A DNA stretch of 64,000 nucleotides from Candidatus Fervidifonticultor sextus (GCA_031459875.1 JAVKHQ010000009.1:1-64000); one strand, 5' to 3'; positions 48,907 through 60,948 are shown, counted from the stretch's first letter. Made by a program: numbers and translations. Notes: a model not told the origin generated them from the sequence alone.

Positions 48907-49959
48907 GTGGTCCCCGACCACGTGAGGTCAGCCTTCCGGCCCGAGTTCCGGGCGACGGCGGTGGGGAGCCTGCCCCACACCGACCCGGTGGTCGCCTGCG
49001 ACCTGATCGCCCAGTATCTCCCGGATATCCCCGCCTGGCCGCAGCTGCCCAGGCGCGACCCCCGCGAGAGCATGTACGTGCAGTACAGCCAGGGATTTCC
49101 CGGGATCGTCTTCGAGCACGGACGGATCTATGTGGACCGCCGGCGCGATCTGGAGGCCGGCCTGGAGCACCTGTACCTGCGCTACCTGAACGCCGACGCA
49201 GGCGCGTCGGCCACCAGCCCCGACCACGCGGCGGGGCTCGCGCAGTTTCTGACCCGGCCCTGGGAGTCGATCGCGGCCGTCAAAGGCCAGATCGTGGGAC
49301 CGGTGAGCTGGGGGCTGACCGTCACCGACCAGGACCGGCGGGCCATCCTTTACGATGACCTGCTGGCCGACGCGGCGGCGAAACACCTGCGGCTGGCCGC
49401 GGTCTGGCAGGAGCGCGAACTCCGCCGCCTGGCCCCGCACACCATCATCGTCGTGGACGAGCCCTATCTGGCCTCGGTCGGCTCGGCGTTCGTGGCCGTC
49501 GAGCGCCACGAGGTCGTCGCGCTGCTCGAGGAGGTCTTCGCCGGCCTGCAGGGCCTCAAAGGCGTCCACTGCTGCGGCAACACCGACTGGTCGCTGATCC
49601 TGGAGACCTCGGCTGATGTCCTCAGCTTCGACGCCTACGGCTTCGCCGCACCGCTCTCCCTCTATCCCCGGGCCCTGCGGGCGTTTTTGGACCGCGGTGG
49701 CATCATCGCCTGGGGGATCGTCCCGACCTTGGACGATGCCACGGTGATGGCGGAATCGGCCGAGAGCCTGACCGACCGCCTCTGGAGCGCGCTGAGGCTC
49801 GTCGCCTCCAAGGGCATCCCGCTGGACGACCTGCTCGCCGCCTCGTTGGTCACCCCGTCCTGCGGGATGGCGACCCTCTCGGAGCCGGCGGCGGTGCGGG
49901 CGCTGGAGTTGCTGGCCGGGGTCGCGGCGAGGATGCGACATGACGTTCTGGGACGGTGA
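48907..49959 (+). CDS. Core (single-barrel) cobalamin-independent methionine synthase-like protein (MesB-like)
   Basis: TAVGSLPH, WPQLP, KGQIVGP, DEP, GVHCCG and TPSCG (Zn ligands); 350 aa with no N-terminal folate-binding barrel. Confidence 0.75.
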   Translation: MVPDHVRSAFRPEFRATAVGSLPHTDPVVACDLIAQYLPDIPAWPQLPRRDPRESMYVQYSQGFPGIVFEHGRIYVDRRRDLEAGLEHLYLRYLNADAGASATSPDHAAGLAQFLTRPWESIAAVKGQIVGPVSWGLTVTDQDRRAILYDDLLADAAAKHLRLAAVWQERELRRLAPHTIIVVDEPYLASVGSAFVAVERHEVVALLEEVFAGLQGLKGVHCCGNTDWSLILETSADVLSFDAYGFAAPLSLYPRALRAFLDRGGIIAWGIVPTLDDATVMAESAESLTDRLWSALRLVASKGIPLDDLLAASLVTPSCGMATLSEPAAVRALELLAGVAARMRHDVLGR

Positions 49960-50249
49960 CCCCACCCCAACCTGGCTTGACTGCACCAACGGGGGGAGGA
50001 ACTCCATACGTGATCAACCGCAAGGTGGGGTTCAACTTCGGCAACTCCGCGAACAACCAGACTATCGAAATGTGCGCCGAGGTGCGCCGGGCGATGGACG
50101 CGGAGACCATCCTCCGCTTCGAGCACCCCTCCGGTGTGCTGGACCGGCCGGCGGGGCGCGGGCCCACGGCCGGTGCCGGGCCTGTGCTGGCCGGTGCCTG
50201 TTGACGGATGCAGGCCCGTGTGCTAGTCTTACGATCAACTGAATAGCTT

Positions 50250-50350
50250 CTCTTATCAAGAGTGGGTGAGGGACGGGCCCGATGACCCCCGGCAACCTGC
50301 CAGTGCGGTAAGGTGCCAACCCCCGCGGATCCAGTTCCGGCGGATAAGAG
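50250..50350 (+). promoter_or_regulatory. SAM-I (S-box) riboswitch
   Basis: CTCTTATCAAGAG..GAGGGAC.GGCCC.ATGA.CCC.GGCAACC...AAGGTGCCAA...GATAAGAG with P1 pairing CTCTTATC/GATAAGAG. Confidence 0.95.
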
Positions 50351-50356
50351 GGTGGG

Positions 50357-50392
50357 ATCCCCTCCAGAGGCAGGAAGTGGAGGGGATTTTTG
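50357..50392 (+). terminator. Intrinsic terminator of the SAM riboswitch expression platform
   Basis: ATCCCCTCCA...TGGAGGGGAT stem followed by a T-tract. Confidence 0.85.
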
Positions 50393-50410
50393 TATCCTGC
50401 GGAGGCGTCT

Positions 50411-51310
50411 GTGGGCATCCCATCCGAGCGCGTGCGCGTCAGCGTCCCGGCGTCGGTCGCCAACCTGGGCGCGGGATTCGACTGCCTGGCGGCCGCCGTC
50501 GGCATCCGTGCCGAGATCGCCCTGGCGCGGGCCGCATCCCCGGCGGTCGCCGTCACAGGCGTGGCCGTCCCCCAGGATGAGACCAACCTGATCTACCGGA
50601 GCGCGGCCGCGGTGGCAGAGCGCGTCGGCTACGCCGGCGCCTTCGAACTGCGGGCCTCCTTCCCCATTCCGCTCCGGGGCGGGCTGGGCAGCAGCGCCGC
50701 CGCGATCGTCGGTGGGGCGGTGGCCGCGACCCGGCTGCTGGAGGCGCCGCTGGACGCCGACGCGCTGCTGGAGTTGGCGACCTCGTTCGAAGGCCACCCC
50801 GACAACGTGGCGGCGGCCCTGCTGGGCGGCGTGGTGATCGTGGCGCAGAACAGCGCGGCCATCCGGTGGACCCGGATCGTGCCTCCCGGATCGCCAGCGG
50901 TGGTCCTCGCCATCCCCGCGCTGGAGGTCGAGACGGCGAAGGCGCGTCAGGTGCTGCCCGACCGGGTCAGCCGGGAGGACGCGGTCTTCAACCTGGGCCA
51001 CACCGCCCTGCTGGTGGCCGCGCTGGCGCAGGGCCGGAAAGACCTGCTGCGGGTCGCCCTGCACGACCGCCTGCACCAGCCCTACCGCGCCCCGCTGGTC
51101 CCGGGCTTCGGGGCGGTGGTGGACGCCGCGCAACGGGCCGGGGCCTACGGGGCCGTGCTCAGCGGGTCGGGTCCGACGGTGGCCGCGCTGGCGCCGCCGG
51201 AGGCAGCGCCGTCGGTCGGCGAGGCGATGCGCAGGGCGTTCGGGCAGGCCGGGGTGGAGAGCCGCGTGGTGGTGACGGAGATCGACCCGCGCGGGGCACT
51301 CGACGGCTGA
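50411..51310 (+). CDS. thrB: Homoserine kinase
   Basis: VPASVANLGAGFDCL, GLGSSAAA, EGHPDNV and SGSGPT motifs. Confidence 0.95.
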   Translation: MGIPSERVRVSVPASVANLGAGFDCLAAAVGIRAEIALARAASPAVAVTGVAVPQDETNLIYRSAAAVAERVGYAGAFELRASFPIPLRGGLGSSAAAIVGGAVAATRLLEAPLDADALLELATSFEGHPDNVAAALLGGVVIVAQNSAAIRWTRIVPPGSPAVVLAIPALEVETAKARQVLPDRVSREDAVFNLGHTALLVAALAQGRKDLLRVALHDRLHQPYRAPLVPGFGAVVDAAQRAGAYGAVLSGSGPTVAALAPPEAAPSVGEAMRRAFGQAGVESRVVVTEIDPRGALDG

Positions 51311-51366
51311 TGGGGGAACTCGCTCGGGCACCGAGGCGGTGCCGGGCAGACGGAGGAGGCGATGCG

Positions 51367-52596
51367 ATGCCAGTGGAGCGGTTGCGGTGTCGGGAGTGCG
51401 GGACCGAGGTGCCGGTTGGGCCCGAGTACGTGTGCGAGCAGTGCTTCGGCCCGCTGGAGGTCGTCTACGACGTGGAGGCGATGCGTCGCCTGCCGCTGCG
51501 CGAGCGCATCGAGGCCGGGCCCCGCTCCATCTGGCGCTACGCCGACCTGCTGCCGGTGCCCTACGATCCCGCCGTGGACCTCGCCGCCGGGTTCACGCCG
51601 CTGTTGCCCGCGCCGCGCCTGGGGGCGGCGCTGGGCCTGCGCCGGCTCTTCCTCAAGAACGACTCCACCAACCCGACCTGGTCGTTCAAGGACCGCGCGG
51701 TCGAGATCGGAACCGCCGCGGCGCGACGGTTCGGGTTTACCGTGCTGGCCTGCGCCTCCACCGGCAACCTGGCCAACTCCGTCGCGGCGCATGCGGCGCG
51801 GGCGGGCATGCGCGCCTTCGTCTTCGTGCCCGCCGGCATCGAGCGCGGCAAGGTGGTGCAGTCGGCCATCTACGGCCCCACGGTCATCGAGGTCGAGGGC
51901 GGCTACGACGAGGTCAACCGGCTGTGCGCGGAGATCGGGGAAGAGCACCACTGGGCGTTTCTCAACGTGAACCTGCGGCCGTTCTACAGCGAGGGCGGCA
52001 AGACGCTGGCCTTTGAGGTCGCGGAGCAACTGGGCTGGCAGGCGCCGGATGACATCGTGGTCCCCATCGCATCGGGTAACCTGCTGGTCAAGATCCACAA
52101 GGGCTTCCACGAACTGGCCGCCCTCGGGCTGATCCCGAGCGCGTCCACGCGGATCCACGGCGCGCAGGCCGACGGATGCGCGCCGGTGGCAGCCGCCTTC
52201 AAAGACGGCGGGGAGATCCGGCCGGTGCGTCCGCAGACCATCGCCCATTCCCTGGCGATCGGGACCCCCGCCGACGGCCGCTACGCCATCGCCGCCGTGC
52301 GCGGCAGCGGCGGGCGGATCGAGGCGGTCACCGACGACGAAATCCTGGAGGGGATGACGGTGCTGGCACAGACCGAGGGAATCTTCACCGAGACGGCCGG
52401 CGGGGTGACCGTCGCCTCCCTGAAGAAACTGGCGGCCTGCGGCGCGGTGGATCCCGACGGCGTCACCGTCGCCTGCATTACCGGCATGGGCCTGAAAACC
52501 CAGGAGGCGGCGGCCGGGGCGGTTGCCGCCTCCGTGCGTATCCGGCCCACCCTGCGCGCGTTCGAGCAGGCCGCCCTGGCCGCCGCGCCCGTCTAA
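51367..52596 (+). CDS. Threonine synthase-like PLP enzyme (probable O-phosphohomoserine:sulfur-carrier sulfhydrylase)
   Basis: N-terminal CxxC..CxxC, NPTWSFKDR, ASTGNLA and NVNLRPFYSEGGKT motifs; lies under a SAM riboswitch next to a MoaD/ThiS protein. Confidence 0.85.
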   Translation: MPVERLRCRECGTEVPVGPEYVCEQCFGPLEVVYDVEAMRRLPLRERIEAGPRSIWRYADLLPVPYDPAVDLAAGFTPLLPAPRLGAALGLRRLFLKNDSTNPTWSFKDRAVEIGTAAARRFGFTVLACASTGNLANSVAAHAARAGMRAFVFVPAGIERGKVVQSAIYGPTVIEVEGGYDEVNRLCAEIGEEHHWAFLNVNLRPFYSEGGKTLAFEVAEQLGWQAPDDIVVPIASGNLLVKIHKGFHELAALGLIPSASTRIHGAQADGCAPVAAAFKDGGEIRPVRPQTIAHSLAIGTPADGRYAIAAVRGSGGRIEAVTDDEILEGMTVLAQTEGIFTETAGGVTVASLKKLAACGAVDPDGVTVACITGMGLKTQEAAAGAVAASVRIRPTLRAFEQAALAAAPV

Positions 52597-52627
52597 AGGA
52601 CCCCACAGGACCAGAGAGGGAGGCACG

Positions 52628-52900
52628 ATGGCGACCATCAGGATTCCCACCCCGTTGCGGCGCTACACCAACGGCGAGCGGCAGATCACGGTCACCGCGG
52701 ACACGGTGGCATCGGCGATCGCCGAGCTCGACCGGCGGTTCCCGGGGGTGCGCTCGCGCCTGCTGGATGCCGACGGGCAGATCCACCGCTTCGTCACCAT
52801 TTTCGTGGGGGAGCAGGACGTCCGGCTCCTGGCCGGCCTCGCCACGCCGCTGGACGAGCAGGCGGAGGTCTCCATCATCCCCGCCATGGCCGGCGGCTGA
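52628..52900 (+). CDS. MoaD/ThiS/CysO-like sulfur carrier protein
   Basis: IRIPTPLR...IIPAMAGG with C-terminal Gly-Gly. Confidence 0.92.
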   Translation: MATIRIPTPLRRYTNGERQITVTADTVASAIAELDRRFPGVRSRLLDADGQIHRFVTIFVGEQDVRLLAGLATPLDEQAEVSIIPAMAGG

Positions 52901-52964
52901 TCCGCCTCCGATCGTGCTATGGTTAGGGTGGAGTGCAGGCCACACGGCCGCTGTCGGGCCCTGA

Positions 52965-54983
<2,019 letters not shown>

Positions 54984-54993
54984 GGGCGCACTG

Positions 54994-55503
54994 ATGCGGC
55001 GGGCGCTGCTCTGGCTGGCGGTGTTGGGCCTGGCCGCCGTCCTGATCTGGTGGACGCAGGTCCGGCCGCAGCCGGTGGTGGTGCGGATCTACTTCGTGAC
55101 CTCCACCGACGGCGCCGCGACGGTCGCCCCGGTGGAACGCACCGTCGTGGGCGGGCGCGCCCCCGAGATCCTCCGCGGCGCCCTGGAGGCGCTGCTGGCT
55201 GGGCCGTCGGCGGCCGAGCGCGCCCGCGGTCTGGTCACCGAGATTCCCGCCGGAACGCGGCTGCGGGGCGTCACGGTGCAGGACGGCGTGGCCGTGATCG
55301 ACCTGACGGAGGCGGTCACCTCGGGCGGGGGCTCGTCGAGCATGCTGGGCCGCCTCTGGCAGATCGTCTACACGGGCACGGAGGTGCGGGGGATCGCGCA
55401 GGTGCGGATCCTGATCGAGGGTGCCGAGCGTCCCGGTCTGGGCGGGGAAGGGGTGCTAATCGACCGGCCCCTCGGCCGTCCTGCGGCGTTCCCGCGGTTC
55501 TGA
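54994..55503 (+). CDS. GerMN domain protein
   Basis: ALLAGP, TEIP.GTRL, GGGSS and QIVYT.T motifs. Confidence 0.85.
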   Translation: MRRALLWLAVLGLAAVLIWWTQVRPQPVVVRIYFVTSTDGAATVAPVERTVVGGRAPEILRGALEALLAGPSAAERARGLVTEIPAGTRLRGVTVQDGVAVIDLTEAVTSGGGSSSMLGRLWQIVYTGTEVRGIAQVRILIEGAERPGLGGEGVLIDRPLGRPAAFPRF

Positions 55504-55577
55504 GGTCCCGGGCAGGAGAGGTCTTCGCACCCGCAGAACAACGTGCACGGCCACCACGCGGAGGACGGAGCCTGCCG

Positions 55578-56747
55578 TTGCCCAGAGAGGTCTTTGCCGA
55601 GGAGATCGAGGAGTTCCTCGAACGGCTGGACGCCGTCGCCGCGGCCCGGGTCGTCGCCAACGACGCCGGCGAGATCGACCGGATCTACATCACCACCGAA
55701 TCCACCCGCGACGACCTCGCCATCCGCCGCGCCATCACGTCGGCGCTGATGAGCCAGTACAGCCTCCCGGTCGACGGCTGGCGGGTGCAGATCGCCCACC
55801 TGGAGCCAGCCGCCCCGCCCGAGCCGGTGCCGGAGTGCCACCTGGCCCGGCTGGAAGAGACGGTCACCGAGACCATGACCCGGGTGGTCGTGGAGCTGCG
55901 CTACGAGCGGGACGGCGTGCAGAAGACGGTGTCCGGATCGGCGCAGGCTCCGGCGGGCCAGGTGCACCGGCTGCGCACGGTGGCGCTGGCCACGGTGGAC
56001 GCCCTGCGCCCGCTGGCGGATCGGGCGGGGGGGCGGCCGCAGTTGGAGGGGCTGACCATGATGCCGTTTGCGGGCGTCACGGTGGTGCTGGCGGCGGTCT
56101 CCCTGGTCGGTGAGCGCGGGAGCCTCATGCGGGTGGGGGCCGAGACGGTCTTTGCCAGCGAGGCGGAAGCCGCCGTCGGGGCCGTGCTCGATGCGATGCG
56201 GAAGCCGATCCGGCCGGCGGCCCAGCCGGCCGGAATCCGGACCGACCGGCGGCGTCAGTTCGAGGGGCTGCGCCGGCACTACGAGCGGCTGATCCGGATG
56301 GAAGCCCCGGTGCGGCCTCCGGCCCCGCTGGAGTCGGCTCCACCCCCCCCGGAGGCGGGCGGCACTGGAGAGGTGCGGGCCGCCGGGGAGGTCCCGCACC
56401 CTGCGGATGTGATTCAGGCCATGACCGAGATTCGTCCCGAACCTGAGGGAGGTGCGCCAACCGCGATGCGCGAGGACATCCGAAGCGAGGGCGCCGCCGG
56501 GGTCAAGCCGGGCCCGCGCTATTCCATGGAAGACGCCTTCTACCGCCGGCTGGTCTCAGCCGGCCTGCCCGTCCACATCCGGTGTCGGGACGGCTACGAG
56601 ATCCCCACGGCGATCGTGCGGGACTTCGGCACCTACAGCCTGATGGTGGAAGTCAACGGGGTCCAGGAACTCGTGTTCAAGCACGGGATCATCGCCATCC
56701 GGCCCTACGGCCCGCTGCCGCCCGAGACGGCGCCGCCTCCGTCGTAG
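55578..56747 (+). CDS. Multi-domain protein with C-terminal Hfq/Sm-like domain
   Basis: C-terminus [25 protein letters not shown]...[28 protein letters not shown] resembles Hfq Sm1/Sm2 ([Y/F]KHA/G); TTG start after GGAG. Confidence 0.7.
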   Translation: MPREVFAEEIEEFLERLDAVAAARVVANDAGEIDRIYITTESTRDDLAIRRAITSALMSQYSLPVDGWRVQIAHLEPAAPPEPVPECHLARLEETVTETMTRVVVELRYERDGVQKTVSGSAQAPAGQVHRLRTVALATVDALRPLADRAGGRPQLEGLTMMPFAGVTVVLAAVSLVGERGSLMRVGAETVFASEAEAAVGAVLDAMRKPIRPAAQPAGIRTDRRRQFEGLRRHYERLIRMEAPVRPPAPLESAPPPPEAGGTGEVRAAGEVPHPADVIQAMTEIRPEPEGGAPTAMREDIRSEGAAGVKPGPRYSMEDAFYRRLVSAGLPVHIRCRDGYEIPTAIVRDFGTYSLMVEVNGVQELVFKHGIIAIRPYGPLPPETAPPPS

Positions 56748-56752
56748 CCTGC

Positions 56753-58300
56753 GTGGCGCCCGACCGGCTGGAGGAACTGCGCCGCCGCCGCGAGCGCGTG
56801 CTGGCCATGGGCGGCGAGGATCGCGTCCGCCGCCAGCACGAGGCCGGGAAACTCACCGCCCGCGAGCGGTTGGACCTGCTGCTGGATCCCGGGTCCTTCG
56901 TCGAACTCGACCCGTTCGTCACCCCGCGCGGCCGCGAGTTCGGCCTGGACAAGGTGGAGGGCCCCGCCGACGGCGTGGTGACCGGCTGGGGCACGATCGA
57001 CGGCCGGCCGGTCCACGTCTTCTCGCAGGACTTCACGGTGCTGGGCGGCTCGCTGGGCGAAGGGCACGCCGCGAAGATCTGCAAGGTCATGGACCTGGCC
57101 CTGCGCACCGGCACGCCGGTGGTCGGGCTCAACGACTCGGGAGGCGCGCGGATCCAGGAGGGGGTCGCCAGCCTCGGCGGCTACGCCGACATCTTCCTGC
57201 GCAACACCCTGGCCAGCGGCGTCGTCCCGCAGATCTCGGCGATCATGGGGCCGTGCGCCGGCGGCGCGGTCTACTCGCCGGCGATCACCGACTTCACCAT
57301 CATGGTCCGCGGCACCGCGTACATGTTCGTCACCGGGCCGCAGGTCGTCCGGGCCGTGACGCGCGAGGAGGTCGCCTTCGAGGAGCTCGGGGGCGCCGAC
57401 GTCCACGCCACGAAGAGCGGCATCGCCCACTTCACCGCCGCCGACGACGAGGAGTGCCTCCTGCTGGTCCGACGCCTGCTGGGCTTCCTGCCGTCCAACA
57501 ACCTGGAGGACCCGCCGCGGCGGACGCCGACCGACGACCCCGCCCGGGCCGACCCTGCGCTGGACGGCCTGGTCCCCGACGATCCCACGAAGCCCTACGA
57601 CATGCATGACGTCATCCGGCGCATCGTCGACGACGGCGACTTCCTCGAGGTCCACGCGGCCTTCGCCCGCAACCTGGTCGTCGGCTTTGCCCGCCTGCAC
57701 GGCCGGCCGGTCGGCATCGTCGCCCAGCAGCCGCAGGTCCTCGCCGGGGCGCTGGACATCGACGCGTCGGCCAAGGGCGCGCGCTTCGTGCGCTTCTGCG
57801 ACGCGTTCAACATCCCCCTGGTGACCTTCGTGGACGTCCCGGGGTTCCTGCCCGGCGTGGCGCAGGAGCACGGCGGCATCATCCGCCACGGGGCCAAGTT
57901 GCTCTACGCCTACTGCGAGGCCACCGTGCCGAAGCTGACGGTGATCACCCGCAAGGCCTACGGGGGAGCCTACGACGTCATGTCCAGCAAGCACATCCGC
58001 GGCGACCTGAACCTGGCCTGGCCGACGGCGGAGATCGCCGTCATGGGCCCGGAAGGCGCCATCGACATCATCTTCCGCAGGGAACTCGCCCAGGCTGCCG
58101 ATCCCGAGGCGCGGCGCCGGGAACTGGTGGCCGAGTACCGCTCGCAGTTTGCCAACCCCTATGTGGCGGCCGCCCGCGGCTTCATCGACGACGTCATCGC
58201 CCCGCGCGAGACGCGGCGGCGCCTGATCGCGGCCCTGGAGGTCCTCCACCGCAAGCGCGAGGCCACCCCCCGCCGCAAACACGGCAACATCCCCCTGTAG
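56753..58300 (+). CDS. pccB: Acyl-CoA (propionyl-CoA) carboxylase carboxyltransferase subunit
   Basis: [35 protein letters not shown] and RKHGNIPL motifs. Confidence 0.93.
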   Translation: MAPDRLEELRRRRERVLAMGGEDRVRRQHEAGKLTARERLDLLLDPGSFVELDPFVTPRGREFGLDKVEGPADGVVTGWGTIDGRPVHVFSQDFTVLGGSLGEGHAAKICKVMDLALRTGTPVVGLNDSGGARIQEGVASLGGYADIFLRNTLASGVVPQISAIMGPCAGGAVYSPAITDFTIMVRGTAYMFVTGPQVVRAVTREEVAFEELGGADVHATKSGIAHFTAADDEECLLLVRRLLGFLPSNNLEDPPRRTPTDDPARADPALDGLVPDDPTKPYDMHDVIRRIVDDGDFLEVHAAFARNLVVGFARLHGRPVGIVAQQPQVLAGALDIDASAKGARFVRFCDAFNIPLVTFVDVPGFLPGVAQEHGGIIRHGAKLLYAYCEATVPKLTVITRKAYGGAYDVMSSKHIRGDLNLAWPTAEIAVMGPEGAIDIIFRRELAQAADPEARRRELVAEYRSQFANPYVAAARGFIDDVIAPRETRRRLIAALEVLHRKREATPRRKHGNIPL

Positions 58301-58405
58301 GCTCTTCCCTGCGGTCTTGGGGTGGTCGAGGCGGACGAGGGCGAGGAATCGGTGCGCCGCAGGTGGAATTCTGATTGGGAGATCCCCGATCGTGGCTGAT
58401 GGCCT

Positions 58406-58885
58406 ATGCACCTGCAACCCGTCACCCCAGGCGATCCCCGCTTCCGTGACTGGCTGCGCCGATACCGCGAAGAGATCACCGGGGAGCCGCCGTCCGAGGC
58501 GTGGCTGGACAAGTACCTGGAGTCCCTCTTCGCCGAGCAGGGCACCCACCGGTTCATCTGGTGGGCCGTCGAGAATGGCCGCAGGATCGGGTTCGCCGTC
58601 GCGGTCCTGACCAGACACTGGGCGAACAAGGCGCGCAAGCAGGGCGTCATCGGCGAGTTCTTCGTGTATCCCGAATACCGCCGCGAGGGCCACGGCCGGC
58701 GCATGGCGCAGGCGGTGATCCAGTTCCTTAAGGACCACGGCGCCGAAGAGATCCAGTCCGGCGTGATCGCCGGCAACGTGCGCGGCCTGCGTTTCTGGGA
58801 GGCGGTCGGCTTCCAGATCGCCCGGTACGCCCTGGTCTACCGCCCCGACCGACCCCGCGAGCCCGAGGAAGACGAGGGCGAGTAG
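58406..58885 (+). CDS. GNAT family N-acetyltransferase
   Basis: EFFVYPEYRREGHG (motif A) and N..GLRFWEAVGF (motif B). Confidence 0.88.
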   Translation: MHLQPVTPGDPRFRDWLRRYREEITGEPPSEAWLDKYLESLFAEQGTHRFIWWAVENGRRIGFAVAVLTRHWANKARKQGVIGEFFVYPEYRREGHGRRMAQAVIQFLKDHGAEEIQSGVIAGNVRGLRFWEAVGFQIARYALVYRPDRPREPEEDEGE

Positions 58886-58894
58886 CCCCCCGCA

Positions 58895-60373
58895 ATGCCG
58901 CCGCTGCGCCGGCTGCTCATCGCCAACCGCGGGGAGATCGCCGTCCGCGTCGTGCGCGCCTGTCGCGACCTGGGCGTCTCGCCGGTGGCGGTGTACGCGC
59001 CGATCGACGCCGACAGCCCTCACGTCCGTCTGGCCGACGACGCCTTCGCCCTTCCCGGCGATGCCCCGCACGAGGGCTACCTGAACGCGCCCCTGCTGGT
59101 GGACCTGGCCAGGCGCGCGGGCGCCTCGGCCATCCATCCGGGGTACGGATTCCTGGCCGAGAACCCCGCCTTCGCGGCGGCGTGCGAGGCCGCAGGAATC
59201 GCGTTCGTCGGCCCGCCCGCCGAGGTCCTGGCGCGGTGTGGGGACAAGGCCGCCGCACGCGCCGCGGTGGCCGCAGCCGGCGTGCCGGTGCTGCCCGGCA
59301 CGGACGCCGTGGGGGACGACGAGGCGGCCCGGGCCGCCCGGGACGTTGGGTTCCCGTTGCTGATCAAAGCGGTGGGAGGCGGCGGGGGCAAGGGGATCCA
59401 CCTGGTCCGGGCGATGGAGGAGTTGCCCGCCCAGCTCCGGCTGGCCCGCGGGGAGGCGCAGACGGCGTTCGGCGACCCCCGCGTCTACCTCGAGCGCTGG
59501 CTGGAGCGATCCCGACACGTCGAGGTCCAGATCCTGGCCGACCAGCGGGGGCGCGCCATCCACCTGGGAGAGCGCGCCTGCTCGGTCCAGCGCCGCCACC
59601 AGAAGCTGATCGAGGAGGCTCCGGCCCCGGGCCTCGACCCGGGGGTGCGCGAGGCCTTGACCGACGCGGCGGTGCGCGTGGCCACGGCGCTGGGCTACCG
59701 CAACGCCGGCACCATCGAGTTCCTCGTCGACGGCCGCGCCTTCTACTTTCTCGAGGTGAACGCGCGGATCCAGGTCGAGCATCCGGTCACCGAGGCGACG
59801 ACCGGTGTGGACCTGGTCGCCGCGCAACTCCTGATCGCCGCCGGCGAACCGCTGCCATTCCGCCAGGAGGATGTGCGCGCCAGCGGGTGGGCCATCGAGT
59901 GCCGCATCAGCGCCGAGGACCCCCACGGCGGCTTCCTCCCGTCGCTGGGCCGCATCGACGGCGTCGTCGAACCTGCGGGTCCCGGAATTCGCGTGGACAG
60001 CGGCCTGTGGGTGGGCCAGACGGTGTCCCGCCACTTCGACCCCCTGCTGGCCAAGGTGATCGCCAGCGGGCCGACGCGCGAGGCGGCCATCGCGCGCGTG
60101 CGCCGGGCCCTGGCCGAATTCGCCATCTCGGGCGTGGACACCACGATCCCCTTCCACCTGTGGGCCCTGGAGCAGCCCGCCTTCGTGCAGGGCACCTACG
60201 ACGTGCGTTTCGCGGAGCAGTGGGGAGGGGGACCCACCTCGCCGGAGGCCGAGCGGCTGGCCGTCCTGGCGGCGGCGGCGTGGTTCCACCGGACACGGCA
60301 CCGGCCCTCGCTGCCCGCCGATGGCGCCTCCCCGGCGTGGGTCGCCGCGGCCCGGCAGGAGGCCCTCCGATGA
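58895..60373 (+). CDS. Biotin carboxylase subunit
   Basis: LIANRGEIA, HPGYGFLAEN, GGGGKG, QRRHQK and EVNARIQVEH motifs. Confidence 0.95.
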   Translation: MPPLRRLLIANRGEIAVRVVRACRDLGVSPVAVYAPIDADSPHVRLADDAFALPGDAPHEGYLNAPLLVDLARRAGASAIHPGYGFLAENPAFAAACEAAGIAFVGPPAEVLARCGDKAAARAAVAAAGVPVLPGTDAVGDDEAARAARDVGFPLLIKAVGGGGGKGIHLVRAMEELPAQLRLARGEAQTAFGDPRVYLERWLERSRHVEVQILADQRGRAIHLGERACSVQRRHQKLIEEAPAPGLDPGVREALTDAAVRVATALGYRNAGTIEFLVDGRAFYFLEVNARIQVEHPVTEATTGVDLVAAQLLIAAGEPLPFRQEDVRASGWAIECRISAEDPHGGFLPSLGRIDGVVEPAGPGIRVDSGLWVGQTVSRHFDPLLAKVIASGPTREAAIARVRRALAEFAISGVDTTIPFHLWALEQPAFVQGTYDVRFAEQWGGGPTSPEAERLAVLAAAAWFHRTRHRPSLPADGASPAWVAAARQEALR

Positions 60374-60948
60374 CTGCCCCGGGAGAGGACGGCCCCTCCA
60401 TCGCCTTCGAGGTCACTGCGGGCGGCCGCCGGCATGGGGTAAAAGTCACACCGTCGAACGACGCTCTGACGGTCACCGTAGAAGGACAGCCGACGGTGGT
60501 GCGGCTCGATCCTGCGGCGGGGTCGGAGTGCTGGCGGCTGTGGGTGGAGGGCCGGGCGGTGCCGGTACGCGTGCGCGAGGTGGCCGGCGGGTTGCTGGTC
60601 GGCGTCGGTGCCGCCTGCGTCCAAGTCAGCGTGCGGCGGGCGCTGCCGATTCCAATCCGCCGGGCATCGGCAGCGACGAGCGACGATCGCCTCGAGGTGC
60701 GGGCGCCGATGCCGGGGCTCGTCGTGAGCCTCCCGGTCGGAGCCGGCGAACTGGTCGCCGAGGGAGGCACGGTTGCGGTGGTCGAGGCCATGAAGATGCA
60801 GATGGACGTGTCCTCGCCGGCCTCCGGCCGCATCGAGGAGATCCGCGTCCGACCGGGCCAGGAGGTCACCGGCGGCCAGGTGCTCGCCGTGGTCCGGCCG
60901 GTGCGTGCGGGTGAGGACGACACATCGGGGGGAGGGTCCGGGGCGTGA
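60370..60948 (+). CDS. Biotin carboxyl carrier protein
   Basis: APMPG and EAMKM motifs. Confidence 0.92.
   Translation: MTAPGEDGPSIAFEVTAGGRRHGVKVTPSNDALTVTVEGQPTVVRLDPAAGSECWRLWVEGRAVPVRVREVAGGLLVGVGAACVQVSVRRALPIPIRRASAATSDDRLEVRAPMPGLVVSLPVGAGELVAEGGTVAVVEAMKMQMDVSSPASGRIEEIRVRPGQEVTGGQVLAVVRPVRAGEDDTSGGGSGA

Noticed and set aside
58301..58400. GRGRGIG-like peptide in the gap after pccB (GNAT remnant or epsilon subunit)
   Set aside because: Too short, with no start or RBS; cannot be supported.
56705..60301. 1198 aa minus-strand ORF, and similar long antisense ORFs (5803-7608, 32711-35131, 38621-40615)
   Set aside because: Antisense shadows of well-supported plus-strand genes in high-GC DNA; no recognisable motifs.
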